Assembly (NCBI RefSeq): GCF_000315625.1
Contig: NW_005434575.1
Coordinates: 148,268 to 212,267, forward strand
Direction: 5' to 3'
DNA: 64,000 nucleotides
Origin: Guillardia theta CCMP2712
Lineage: Eukaryota; Protista; Cryptophyta
Shown here: piece by piece, positions 40,948-53,780 of the stretch
Numbering within the stretch: the first letter of the stretch is position 1
Layout of the letters: each line of letters starts with the position of its first letter
Notes under the pieces: model-generated
Told to the model about the DNA's origin: nothing
The model's database searches: none
The model's input: the letters and a program-made list of their open reading frames with translations, nothing else
Translations under genes and position numbers: made by a program

Positions 40948-42613
40948 GGCATACTGGCAGTAAAGTCATTGGCTACCTCGCTGCTAGACGACGTGAGCTC
41001 GCCTGCCCTCCCTCTCAACTTCTTCCCCTTCCTTGAGCCAGCCCATCCACCTAGGCGTGATGGCTCCTCCGAGTGCAGGACTTTCCGCGGGCCCTTCCCC
41101 GTACGGTCACTCCCCGCCGCCGGGAGTCCCCCGGTCGGAGTGCCTACCGTACCCCTCTCTCCGAGGCCGCCTTCGACCTCTACTTCGGCGGAGAGGAACC
41201 GAGAATAACTTGCCCCAGGAGGCAGAGCAAGTGGAGGCAGAAACCGCAACAATCTCCGCAGTGGGTAAAACTTCGCTTGATCCGGACCCCTGGCAAGCCT
41301 GGGTGGGGGACCCGTCGGAGCCCGGCTCGGTACTACCGTAGTACCGTCCCGGCCGGATCACACAGCGGGCCCATCCGAATAGACGCGACGGTTTCGGAGT
41401 CACCGTTGCCAGCGCTTGGGCCACGTGACTCCTTCAAGTTTCTTTTTTTTCCTTCAAGACCGTCTGACACAGCGGCGGTCCGACGGTCCGATCCGGCCGG
41501 CCGGGTGGCTCCGCATATCTAGCAATGAGCAACTTAACTCTGAGTAAAAAGAAGCAACGGAGTCATAATGCGAGCCTTACGAATAACCTCGCCGCTCCCG
41601 GACCCTGAGGGCCCGGCTCGGAGTCTCACAGAGGCTCGGAGTTGCCTTGAAGGCACTGAATGATGACCGTTCGACATCGGGACATTGAGGTCCTCGTGAT
41701 AGTCAAACATTGCTGACAGCTAAAAAGTCGTAGTCTATATCTTTAAAAGTCTAGTCACACGGTAGTTTGCCATGATAGCTAACCGTTTCGAGTTGTGCAC
41801 CTCAGCGGCATGCTGGCAGTAAAGTCATTGGCTACCTCGCTGCTAGACGACGTGAGCTCGCCTGCCCGGCCCTTCCTCTCAACTTCTTCCCCTTCCTTGA
41901 GCCAGCCCATCCACCTAGGCGTGATGGCTCCTCCGAGTGCAGGACTTTCCCGGCGCGGGCCCTTCCCCGTCACCCCCGGAGTCCCCCGGTCGGAGTGCCT
42001 ACCCCTCTCTCCGAGGCCGCCTTCGACCTCTACTTCGGCGGAGAGGAACCGAGAATAACTTGCCCCAGGAGGCCGGGCAGAGCAAGTGGAGGCAGAAACC
42101 GCAACAATCTCCGCAGTGGGTAAAACTTCGCTTGATCCGGACCCCTCCAAGCCTGGGTGGGGGACCGAGCCTCGGTACTACCGTCCCGGCCGGATCACAC
42201 AGCGGGCCCATCCGAATAGACGCGACGGTTTCGGAGTCACCGTTGCCAGCGCTTGGGCCACGTGACTCCTTCAAGTTTCTTTTTTTTCCTTCAAGACCGT
42301 CTGACAGAGCGGTCCGACGGTCCGATCCGGCCGGCCGGGTGGCTCCGCATATCTAGCAATGAGCAACTTAACTCTGAGTAAAAAGAAGCAACGGAGTCAT
42401 AATGCGAGCCTTACGTCTCTCATAACCTCGCCGCTCCCGGACCCTGAGGGCCCGGCTCGGAGTCTCACAGAGGCTCGGAGTTGCCTTGAAGGCACTGAAT
42501 GATGACATCGGGACATTGAGGTCCTCGTGATAGTCAAACATTGCTGACAGCTAAAAAGTCGTAGTCTATATCTTTAAAAGTCTAGTCACACGGTAGTTTG
42601 ATAGCTAACCGTT
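40948..42613 (+). repeat. Direct tandem duplication of a ~0.82 kb unit (40948-41787 and 41807-42613)
   Basis: Long identical stretches differing mostly by small CG-containing indels; each unit holds a degenerate copy of the MAPLHDS ORF start. Confidence 0.92.
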
Positions 42614-42923
42614 ACCTGCTGACGGCCGCCTCACGTCGTATTCGACCTTCTTATACGCCTTGAATCAAGGGTCCTCTAGTACTCACTTTTCTCGAGTCTG
42701 GGCCTATGTAAAATAGCTGAGGTTTCCACCCAAACCCTTTTTGACCTTCCCCTTGGGACGAAATATAGTGCTTCCCTCGTTTCGCTTCTTCTTCACCCCC
42801 TCTCGCCGACTGCTACATCGCCCTCCCTCCCACGCTCTCACGCCTCGATCTCTCTGAGGTCTCGCCTGCCCTTCCTCTCAACTTCTTCCCCTTCCTTGAG
42901 CCAGCCCATCCACCTACGTTCTC

Positions 42924-43286
42924 ATGGCTCCTCTGCACGACTCTCCCTCCCCCGTCCTCCCTCTCCTCCCTACCCCTCTCTCCGCCTTCGACCTCTACTT
43001 CGGCTCTGGCTCCCTCGCTGCCTGCCCGCCCTCCGACCCCTCATGCCTCTTCCTTGACTGGAGCACAGTGGGCTTGGACCAAGGGAGCCGGGAGGCGTGG
43101 ATGGAGGCCTGGGAGGGGCCGGGCCTTCCAATAGAGAAGGAGGATACAGATTTGTTGGAATGGAGTGATACAGAGGACGTAGAAGACGACAGCAAGCGAG
43201 AGAGCAGACAGCGAAGGGCAGATACATACAGTAAGCGATTTATGATGGCAAAAAGAAGCAGACCAGTAAGATTTGGGACTATGTGA
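42924..43286 (+). CDS. Small hypothetical protein, repeated family (MAPLHDS.., 120 aa)
   Basis: First ~53 aa nearly identical to ORF 44861; shared SDTED motif. Confidence 0.5.
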   Translation: MAPLHDSPSPVLPLLPTPLSAFDLYFGSGSLAACPPSDPSCLFLDWSTVGLDQGSREAWMEAWEGPGLPIEKEDTDLLEWSDTEDVEDDSKRESRQRRADTYSKRFMMAKRSRPVRFGTM

Positions 43287-43734
43287 TCTGAGGGAGACAG
43301 AAGGAAGAAATGGATACAGCTTTGTACATATTGAGTAAACGATTCGCAAACTTTCAGTTCCTTTCGCAGAGTTTGTCAACGAATTCCGGAAGAAGGGTCC
43401 AACATCTTGGTCATCTTGACCTCCTGTCAAGCGGTGGAGGAGAAGACCTCCTCACTTTCCTCTTAGCTAACCTTCTTGCTTGTGGCAATTTCCAGAAAAA
43501 TTGCGCACAGCACTAAGAGGGCAGGGCGGGTAACTTCAGGCAGGCTACTGAACGGTAAATCATGCAGACTCTTCAGACCCAGTGATGAGCGCCTACGATT
43601 CTGTCCCGGCCAGCTCGGGTTCCAACGGTCACGGTCCGTGTTGCAGATGACGGCAGCCAGCCGTCGGAGTAACGGGCCGGCCGAGCGTGCCCGGCATAAT
43701 TGACAGGGCGGATTGCCTCTGACAGCCGGGCGTG

Positions 43735-43903
43735 TGGTAGTACTTGTGTAGTACTTGTGGTACGGTAGTACTTGTCACTCCGGTAGTACTTGTGGTAGTG
43801 CTTGTTGTAGTACTTGTTGTCACTCCGGTAGTACTTGTGGTAGTACTTGTGTTAAGTTAGTACTTGTTGTCACTCCGGTAGTACTTGTGGTAGTACTTGT
43901 GAT
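43735..43903 (+). repeat. GTAGTACTTGT(G/T) minisatellite, about 11 units
   Basis: Direct read, with a higher-order GTCACTCCG spacer x3. Confidence 0.9.
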
Positions 43904-44860
43904 AGAGCTACAGAGTGACCGGCCGATGATCTCCGAGCCGACTTGACTGGTCTTACTTGTATCCACTTACGGTTGATGATGTCTGATCCATACAGGTCCT
44001 TTAACCCTAGTGTAGTCTCCTTTTCTGTAACACCCGCCATTGCCCCCTGCCTCCTCCCCCCTTCTTGCTCCCTCCCCTCCCTACCCCTCTCTCCGTCTTC
44101 GACTCCTCTGCTTCGGCTCTCGCTCCCTCGCTGCCTGCCCGCCCTCCGACCCCTCATGCCTCTCAGGCCCGCCGGTAAAGCAGCTGAAACCCTCTCTTCA
44201 TTCAAAGTTAAGTCACCTGCCCAAAAATCAGTCACTGAGTACGAGTATAGTACCCAGTGACCGTGCGGTCCGATCACCGGACCGCCCCGGGCCCGCGCTC
44301 TCGGCCAGGCCGCGGGGGCCGTCCGAACTCCGAGGCTCAGCACTGGCGGGGATCTGCCCGCGGCCGGGCACTGAGACTCGGCCCCGGAGTGGGCCCGGGA
44401 GCCGGCCCGGGCTGCGTCCGATACCGTACGGTCACAGTGACGGTGCCCTGCCAGTATCCAAGTTTCAAAAGTTTGGACTGTCGAAGTTGGTCACCGTGGC
44501 TGAGTCCGGTCAGGTTTGGATATTCGAAGAGACTCCGAGGCTTCACTGCCGCCAAGCGAGTGACTTGTAAGCAAGACCGTCAGCAGATCATCGGATATGC
44601 GGCACCAGCGGGTAGGCGTAATGGCGTAGGTCGGATCATGCAATGAATCGACGCGTTCTGAAACCTACGGCACGGTCTTTACTCGTATCTTCACTCGTAT
44701 CCATAACTTATTAGCCTCCCGGGACCAAGCCCAAAATTCACCCCCTTCCCGAGAGTCACCCTCCTCCTCACTTCTACTCCTTGTTGCTCGCTACTTGTCC
44801 TTACTTCTCCCTTCTCCTCTTGCCACCTGAGTTTCTGTTCGTACCCTTCCGACAGATACC

Positions 44861-45226
44861 ATGGCTCCTCTGCACGACTCTCCCGTCCCCGTCCTCCCTC
44901 CCCTCCCTACCCCTCTCTCCGTCTTCGACCTCTACTTCGGCTCTCGCTCCCTCGCTTCCTGCCCGCCCTCCGACCCCTCATGCCTCTTCCTTGACTGGAG
45001 CACAGTGGGCTTGGACCAAGAGAGCAGTGGCGGCAGAGCGTCAGACGAGGAGGATGAAGTTACGCAGCAGGAGAGTGATACAGAAGACATGGATGGAGAC
45101 TGCAGGCACGAGTGCAGGGCGATATGGGTGGCTGCATACGGTAAGCATGGTCACGATAGGGATCAGCAAGAGACGGCGATGATAAAACAGATGCAGAGGA
45201 GCAAAGCATGTCTAGGGAGACAGTGA
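44861..45226 (+). CDS. Small hypothetical protein, repeated family (MAPLHDS.., 121 aa)
   Basis: Paralog of ORF 42924. Confidence 0.5.
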   Translation: MAPLHDSPVPVLPPLPTPLSVFDLYFGSRSLASCPPSDPSCLFLDWSTVGLDQESSGGRASDEEDEVTQQESDTEDMDGDCRHECRAIWVAAYGKHGHDRDQQETAMIKQMQRSKACLGRQ

Positions 45227-45577
45227 AGGCAGAGAAGATAAAGGGAGGAGGAAGGGGGGGCTCGGCTTCTCTTCTCCTTCCCTGCTTGACAGGAGGGTGA
45301 GCTGAAGAAGATCCACACGAGAGGAGGAGCAACACCAGCGAGTTCGAGCTGTCGATCGTGACCAGCATATCTTGTATGGTATCAATCTCGTGAGAGCTCA
45401 TCAGGTCTTACTGGCATCATCGGTCGATATCTGCTTGAGGGGACCGGTTTAGTACTCTTGGCCTTTAGTTGCTATATCAACTTGTATTATCTCCTTGAAT
45501 GATCTCCACTCACATGGCCGCTATCACCTCCGAGCATGCCAGCACCCGCCATCTCTCCTCTCGTACCTCACGCCAGC

Positions 45578-48500
45578 TCACGGCGGAGGAGCTTGCAAGT
45601 AGGTCACGGCTTCTTCCGACTGGCTTCCTTGAAACTCCCAGTCCCACTCCAGCGGCGCTCGCCACTTCCCGCTCGACACGGGGCACGCGTACATCCAACG
45701 GTCGTAGAGAGGATTTCCCAGCTGCGCACTCGTGACTCGACCAGTCGCGGTGCACTCGCGGGTAGGGTTGCCATTGACGCGCATCCTCGTGAGGACATCG
45801 AGAGCTCGCCGCTTGCCCGGGTTGGCGTCGCTCGATCCTGCTGGCGGTGATCAGAGGAGAAGCGAGGGAGGGGAGGGGAGGGGGGCAACTGACAGCCGAG
45901 GGGGAGGCGGCGAGTAAGCAAGTGGACAGTGAGGGAGGAAGGAAAACAGTAAGAAGGGAATGAACGGGAAGGGAGGGAGAGAGGAGGGCGAGCAAGAGGC
46001 ATATAAGCCTAGTACCTCCCGTGAGCTCCTCTGCCGTGTATTCATCGAAGGTTCTCTTCTTCTCGAGGGGCTTGAACGGAAGTCCGTGGGTTTGAACTGT
46101 GTCATCCTAGGTGGAATCAGCGCGAACCTGGTCGACCAGTCGAGTACCTGTCGGTCGATCAAGTCCATCTTGTAATATCCACAAGCTTTCGAAAGGAATC
46201 CTGAAGAATTCCAAACGCCTCACTCTAGAGCACAGGTCAAACTGCTCATGGACAATTACCTGGTTGCGGCATCGCCAGGCACAAGAAATTCTGAAGGGAC
46301 TGCAGCAGTATCAGCCCCGATTCCGGCGATCTTCAAGCTCACCTCCTGATCAAACCCTGGCTTCGAGAAACGCGCGTTCAACTTCTCTGGAAGGCCGATC
46401 TCGGGGTCAACCTGGCAGACGGGGCACATTCAGCGCACTAGTGAGATCAGGGTAGAACGGACCTTGTTCTGAGCCAGGATCTCCTTGAACATCCTGTGCT
46501 TGTCCGCTACCGTCTACGAGCATCCCGTCAGCACCTCGACCACTAGGAAGATCCAGAGAGACCTGAGGGTTCTGCTCGGTACCGCTCGCATTCCTCGGGA
46601 CTTTGTGAGCATTCAAAATGTTCTCGATGATCTTTCAAAGGGGGGGAGACAGAAGTCAGAGAGCAGGGGAAGGAGAAACAAGCAGACCTCGATCAGATAC
46701 TTGATGTCAGACTCGTCATATGGGAGGGACGTAGTTTGAATGTCCGAGTCCAAGATCATGGTCGACGTCCCCATGTCGGTTCCCATGGGGTCCATGACGA
46801 CGTCCATGCCTTTGGAAACTCATCAGTGAAAGAAGACCAGGAGCTTCAGTCGGATACTTGATAGGTCGTCAACAGGAGGGGGAGCGTGGACGGTGGGGGT
46901 AGGAGGTGGAGGAGGAGCAGCGACTGTGTTTCCAGAGTTGTCAGCTCCACTTGCGCTTGTGTCCTGAAAATCAAACAATCAAAGGGTCGAGTCATAGCTG
47001 CACCATCCCTTTGCCTCCTTCACCTTCGGCTCCTTCGGTTGGCTGTCCCTCAGCTGCATCAAAGATCAGCTGTGCATCGGATTGAGACAGAGAGACTGGC
47101 AGACCTTCTTCAGGTAGTAGCTCAACAAGTCTCGAGTGAAGGTCAGGGCCTCGGGATCCAGCAGGAAATATTTCCCAAACAGCATGCGAGAGGCAGCGCT
47201 GGTGTCGGCCCCACCCGCCTGCTGCGCTTGTCTCGACTTCTCACTCTTGATGATGTTGGTAGTGGCATGCCTGGGACCCATCAGGTCAGAAGACATGCAG
47301 CGACTGGCTGGTGAGTACTTGAGATTCCAGACCGTCAACCCTACGATGCTTTCCCCCATGGTCAACATCATGTCGCTGCACAACGCCTGGGAGCCGATCA
47401 GAGATCCGACGGCCACTGGGCGACTTGCGGTCACCTTGAGCCTGCTGGTAGATGCTGGCGAGACTCCAGCGTTCGCTGAAGAGAGAAGTCCGTGAGCAGG
47501 AGCAGAGCTGAGAGCGAGGAACATCCAGCACCTCGTTGGGCTGCCTGATCGCCTCGGGGCATGACCGGCAGTGCGAACCGGAAGCAGTCGAGGAGGTAGA
47601 AGAGGAGCAACCTTGCTTCTGAGGACGTGCACAAGAACTTGACAAGGTGTCAAAGCTTGAAAACGTCGCAAGAGTGAGAGCAGTGCTTTCCCACCTGGTG
47701 CTCAGCTGACATGGAGTGAATCTTGATCGTCATGATCTCGTAAGCATGACGGTAAAATCTTCGTTGCTGAAAGAGAAGTGGCATCAGTTCCGATGAGAAA
47801 TCTCCTCTTCTCCCCTCCATTCCCCTCCCCTACATTATCTGGCATCTGCTTGTTGTTTTCACGAAGAAGCTTTACCACATTCTGAGAAATCATCAGCATC
47901 CTGTCGGCCGCATGCTCGGCTTAGATGCGGCAAGATAGGTTCCCACCTCCATGATAGAGAAAGCCATCGGGTGCGAGGTCATGATGCCGCCAAGAGCAAT
48001 CAGCGCGTCCCAGGCTTCGCTCAACTTCGCCAAGCTCACTTCAAGCTGATGGACCTGGCGGGTACGAACAGTCACGGTCTACCTCTAAGAGCAGGTGTAA
48101 GCACAATGTGAGAAGCAATCGACTGAGGCGTTGCGGTCTTGTCGAGGGCCCATGGGTGCGCCATCTCCACCACCTGCTTGCAGGCATGAGCCGACAATTT
48201 CAAGTCTCTTGCTTCTCTGCCTTGGCTCGTCCTGCGCTGTCCAAGAGGAGAGCGCAGTTGCCTGTTGGTGAGCTGCAGCCGTTGACGATACTTCCGAACA
48301 CAGTCACGTGCGGATCATAAGGCGCTTGCTGATCAGAGATGTACAGTTAGAATCATCTTGACAAAGATGAGATTGACCTGTAGGGAATCCAAAAATCGTG
48401 ACTCGACTGATCCATCACTGTATCCGATGATGATATATTGACTGTCGAATGTGATGGTTATGTTGATAGGAGTCGTCCCAGCCGTGCACGCCAGATCTAC

Positions 48501-49191
48501 ACTGGTCTCCTTGCTCCATATCATAGCGTCCAACTTCATCATTCCAGTCAAATAATGAGTTTCTCACAGCAACGTACAGCATACCTCAACCATGCTCGCG
48601 TTTGCTTGATTCACATTGGCAGACTTGCTGCGGTGCGACAGCTTCAATCGCTCTAGTCTGATGATGTCTTGCGAGCCAAACTCCGACGAGTTCCTTCCAC
48701 CACCAGACACCGTCTGATAGATCAAGTACAACTCATCCGACTACATCAAGCTCCCAAGTCAGCAGTTCGTCAAACCTCGCGACCTCATTTGAGCACCTTG
48801 GTGGGATTGAAGCTCATCAAAAGGAGCTGAGGAGCTGCCCACTGCCCCTTTGACAAAGGGAATAATCGGATATCGGACTTGAGCTGCGTCCTGGTGTGGG
48901 GAAAGGAAGTGACCTGGGGAGAGGATCAGATGAAAGTCATTCTCTGCCGTCCACGACCTTGAGAGGATGAAAACGGCACTTGATGTAAAAGATGACAATT
49001 TGACTCTCGTCTGCAACTGCAATCATGAGAGCCTGAGGAATGAATCAAGTCAGAAATTCGTATCAGGGCTACTGGGAAATCTCAACCTTGTCTCGGATGA
49101 TGGCAGTAGCCGACTGCACAAACAAGACCGCCTGGGAACAAATTTCAATCAAATGGCGCATGATCATCATTGACATCATCATCATCATTGA

Positions 49192-49236
<45 letters not shown>

Positions 49237-50146
49237 GGACATGAAGAGCAATAACTACTACAAGTACAAGATAACATCCATCCTCAGACCTGATTAGAAG
49301 TTGCTTCTGCGGAGCTTGACGAGCTAGTCGACCTCGCACTAGTCCTCACGAGACTTTCCGGCAACTCCAGTGTGGAGAGCTGCGTCGACGCAGAGGCCCA
49401 TTCGGTTCCATGGAGACTGTTGGACAGCTCCAGAAAGACTCGTGCCTCACCATATCGGCTCAGGGCAAAGAAGCACAGGCAGCCTGGAGGCGTCTTGAAC
49501 ACAAACTCGCTGGATTTGGACTGGGCGTTCGCCTGCCCTTGCGGCGTCGGAGCATCCCTACGAGCAACGTCTCGTCGATACTTGCCGTCATACCCCTTGG
49601 TGTTCTGGCTGGCTGACTGCGTCTGCTGTGCGGCAGTTGCTGGGTTGCCGCTGGAGAAAGGTGGCGGAAGGGAGTAGACGGGGCCAGTGTTGAGCCAGTG
49701 CACGAGTTGAGTCGAAGAGAAACTGAGACGATGGTGCAGGACCCATCTGTTGATCAACCCCTGCGAGCAGGTCAGGCATCGTCCGTTGGAGCATCACCTC
49801 CTACCTTCACAGGCTTCCACACGCATATGCAGCTTCGACTGTCCGCCGACATCAGCACCAGACCCATCTGAGCTGGAGCCCAAGACAGATGAGAGATGTC
49901 ATGCTCGTGTCCTCCGCAGAGCATGCTATGCCTCTCAGGCCTATCAACATGCAAGACATAGATAGAGGGCGAAGACGTGTATCCGAGCTTGCCTCTGTAA
50001 CCCTGTGGCTTGTTTGAATTCATGGCGAAAGCGAGCAGCCCGTCATCACTCCAACAGCAGGCACTGACAACTTGTTTAGGGTCCATGAAAGGGCCATCGG
50101 GTGGAGGTCCAGGAAGATTGAGAGAATAAATTTCACGCATCGGCAT
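45578..50146 (-). CDS. MED16: Mediator subunit 16 (Sin4/SFR6)-like, multi-exon
   Basis: N-terminal CCWSDDGLLAF..IYVLHVDRPE..HEHDISHLSW..LMSADS..ICVW..INRW..HWL; IIGYSDGSVESRFLDSLQ; SPTGNCAL; C-terminal DVLTR..RECTATGRVT..RWMYACPVSSGKW. Confidence 0.75.
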
Positions 50147-50507
50147 CGTGAGTGGCGACTTGCTTAACGAGTTCTGATTTCCTTCAGATGCCCTTGTCAC
50201 CTTCACCCCACCTCACAGCAGTTCCCCTGCTCTTGACTTGTTTAGCAATTCAGCTTGGTTCAGTTCGGTCAGTATCTCTCCCTGCTAGTTTCTGCCATCC
50301 TGTCCTCTCTCTGTCTCTCCTCTCCTCTCCGCTCTCTTCCATCATTTCCTCTCCTCTCCCCCATGAATTCTCCAATCCCCGCTCCTCTGATCACCCCTTC
50401 TACCACCACCCCCACCATTTCCAAGCCAGGAAACCAAGCCAAAAGTACCCGTGAACTTCGACGCTTGTCACCTACCCCACCCCCCCGAATGTCGCCCGTC
50501 TGGTCTC

Positions 50508-50590
50508 GGATACTCACGGATACTCGTGGATACTTTGAGTTTTCCTTCACGGATACTTTTTGGGATACTTTCGGATACCTTACGGATACT
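50508..50590. repeat. GGATAC(T) motif cluster (7 copies) in the divergent intergenic region
   Basis: Direct read; lies between the MED16-like and collagen-like gene starts. Confidence 0.75.
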
Positions 50591-50604
50591 GTCTCTTCGC
50601 TGCC

Positions 50605-52257
50605 ATGCATGCAAGAAACCCGCTGATGGGTGGAGAGGCAGGAGGGGAGGATGGCAGACACAGCGATGGTGGGAGAAGGACCAGGAGATCGCTGGTGGCA
50701 CTCGCCATAGTGGGAGCAGTTGCTCTCACAGCGCTCATGGCTCTGACCTGGTCACCCTCCAAGTCAAATGTAGTTGTCCTCGACGATGCGGAAGCCGAGG
50801 AAGCTGATGGTGGCGATGGCGGCGATGGCGGCGAGTACGGGGTCTCAGCCACCTTGCAGCCTCGTGTGCTGGGCATCAAGCACTATCCTGATCCTCAGGG
50901 TATGCCGGATGCAGGACTTATCAAGAAGACAGTGGACATGGACGCGCAGTCTCTCTTCAGACTGAAGCTCTTTGCTAGGAAGCTGCACTCCCTCCGCCTG
51001 GAGTCAGATGATTACTCTAGGAAGTGGAAACGGCTGCTCACTCAGGCACGGGAGCTGGGTGTAGACACAACCTCGATGAAGATGGCCGTCAGTACCCTCC
51101 ACCGCCCCATGGGATTGCCAGGGCGGCGAGGAGTACCTGGACCGCAGGGACTGCGAGGGTTGGAAGGACCTCCAGGACGAAACCTAGTTGGACCAAGAGG
51201 TGAAGAGAATCGTCTGCGCTATGTCCGCTGAGAGAGTCTCTCCAGGGCCCATCGGATTCCCAGGCCTTCCTGGGGAGATGGTAAACAGTGCTTTTCTTCG
51301 CCATGATTGTTCCCTGTGGGCAACGAACCGCTGCGTGCGCTGACAAGAGTCTCAGGGAAAGCAGGGACGATCTGGAATGCCTGGACCAGCAGGGTACCCT
51401 GGACCTCAAGGGGTGGCTGGCAAGAATGGACAACCGGTTCATGTGCTACTTTCATAGACTGGTTGACTTATGGAGGAGCAGGGAACGCCGGGTGCAAGTG
51501 GTATGCCAGGGAAACCCGGCCCTGTAGGAGATACCGGGATAGCAGGTAGGCTGATGGAGTTGTTGTTGGTTCCCTGTGTTGACTCTGATCTTCCCTTCAG
51601 GACCACCAGGCAGGCCTGGTACGTGGAAGCTGTCAAGCAGTGTTGTAGTATGTTGAAGAAGCGCAGGCGTTGCGGGCCCTCCAGGTCCAGCTGGAGCCAA
51701 CGGGGTCAACGGGGTCCCGGGTGTGCATGGTGAGAAAGATCCAGATAGGTTTCTTTAGAGCTAGTGTGATACTCAACCGGGCAACAGGTCCTCCGGGCCC
51801 GAAAGGGACCCCGGGAGTGACAGGCCTGCCGGGCCCGCAGGGCTTTCGTGGCGTGCGAGGCGTTCGTGGACCTCCTGGACCTCCGGGCCAAGCGGTATGG
51901 AGGTGTAGAGCTTGCATGCTGATGGCTGAACACAAATGCAGGGACCCGAAGGCTTGAAGGGGTTGAGGTAGAACCGTCCTTGTCAATCTGAGTTGGTCTT
52001 CTAAACTTGTTGTTTCTCTTGGATTGTGCGAGCAGAGGTCCGCTAGGATTTTCAGGTCTGGAACATTCTCGCATGCTGCTCTCACCATCTGAAGTCTTCT
52101 TGTCAGGAGCTGCCGGCCCCCCAGGCCCGCCTGGTCCACAAGGTTGTCGATCCCTTAAGACCCTTCTGGCCAACTGAACGAATGTTATGCAGGGCCTAAA
52201 GGGATGAGCGGAATTCCAGGCATACCAGGCACACAAGGAATTGCAAAATTTGTTTAG
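50605..52257 (+). CDS. Type II membrane collagen-like protein (Gly-X-Y), about 10 introns
   Basis: [20 protein letters not shown], coiled coil, then a Gly-X-Y run continued across micro-exons (e.g. 51601-51618, 52107-52142) to TAG at 52255-52257. Confidence 0.82.
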
Positions 52258-52479
52258 ACAAGCCTGCCTTCGCGAAGTGATAACACTTCTGTACAATTCT
52301 TGCGATAACCACTCAATACGGTCGTCGTCTCTTCTATTTTTTGTGGTGCGGATGAAGAATAAATTTTCGAAGCAACTAAGTTATGGCCCAAGTTGACCTG
52401 CTAATTTCAAGCTCATGTTTCAAATAACCGCCAATCATCAGCCGCCGTGATTAAAATCTTTAGTGAATCAATTTTAACC

Positions 52480-53780
52480 ATCTCCCGAAATCACAGAAGC
52501 ATTGTCCCTTGAACGGGCTTCGATTCCATGTCCTCTGACATCGTACCATCGCCTTCTTGCGTTGAACCTAGCATATTTACATTTGCTTTTCGACCTTCAC
52601 CGTCCGAGTCGTTCCTGAACTGCATGCGATACGAATCTGACAGAGAATAGCTGCAAGAGCAAAGTCAACGGACGTGCTGAAGCAAACAAATCAATCATGT
52701 ACCCGTTGCGGAAAGGAATCGGAAAGTTCGAGCTGCTTTCCAAATCATTGTCATTCATCATCATCTCAGCGCATATCTGTCAAATGGCCAGACCTCGTTT
52801 CCAGCCTCTGTGAGCTGCTCTCCTCGCTCAGTCTGGCAGTGTCTGGCCGAATCCGAATGTTGACTTGGAGCATCATGGCATCAAGGGACTACCCTCCAAG
52901 TCAACACATGTCCATCTTCTTACAAGTCAGCAGACCTGGCTTTTGAGCTCCCTCACTATGGAAGCTGCTTCATCTGGTGATGAGGATTTGACTTGAAACC
53001 TGCGCGTCAGGGTGGAATCAACCGGCTGGGAGACGACATGAAAGTAGAAGTACGTAATTTCGGTGGCAGTCGAAAGCAAACGTCGACCACACTTTTCTCG
53101 CAGAGAAAGAATGCAAACGTCAGAGAGATCAACCTGATGGTGCGCATTCAGTCGAATAGTTCTCAAAGGTAAGTTCGAGGTACATTGCAAGTTGCAGCAA
53201 TGGCTTCTATAAACAGATCTTGTTTCGCTTGAGTCCATGATGTTATGTTCATGTCTGATGAGCCCAAGGGTGGTCAACTCAACTTCATGATTGTAGGAGA
53301 TCAGTCACCTGATATCGTCACAGTACTTTGTATCCATCCATCTTTTGAAGTGGTGTAATTCCTTGGGGAGTCTTGCCAAATTTCTCGTTTCGGGCCCCTC
53401 CCGCTCAACCTGGGGCTGAACGGCACCTTGGACGAAGAGGTCGAACGTGGACTGGGGATGGGGTCCTAGAAAATGTGTAAGGAGGCGAGGGGTGCGGGAG
53501 GATCCTGTCATGGGGAGGACCTCAGAAGGCAGTCTGAATCTTGGTGTGTGTGGCATATTGCGCAATTCCGCTGAGGACGGGTGTATCTTGGAGAAGAGCT
53601 CCCGTGGGGTACTGTTGTCAGGGTATCCGGCACTACGTGGGGTGTCAAGGTTCTTCATGGCTCCCATACTTCTTGGGGTTAAGATAGGCTTGAAATCTTG
53701 TGCCAAAGTGTCCGACGCCTTGCTCGTGGCGGAGGAAGGCTAGCGACTACGTGTCACCCCGCGGTCAACACATGACAAGG
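52480..53780 (-). CDS. Hypothetical protein, S/T-P-R rich; ends uncertain
   Basis: ORF 53305-53706 with repeated TPR tripeptides, plus probable downstream exons. Confidence 0.35.

Noticed and set aside
43735-43903. Possible CRISPR-like array
   Set aside because: Units are about 12 bp and tandem with no unique spacers; it is a minisatellite
44001-44010. TTAACCCTAG, resembling a piggyBac terminus
   Set aside because: No matching inverted end or transposase found in the window
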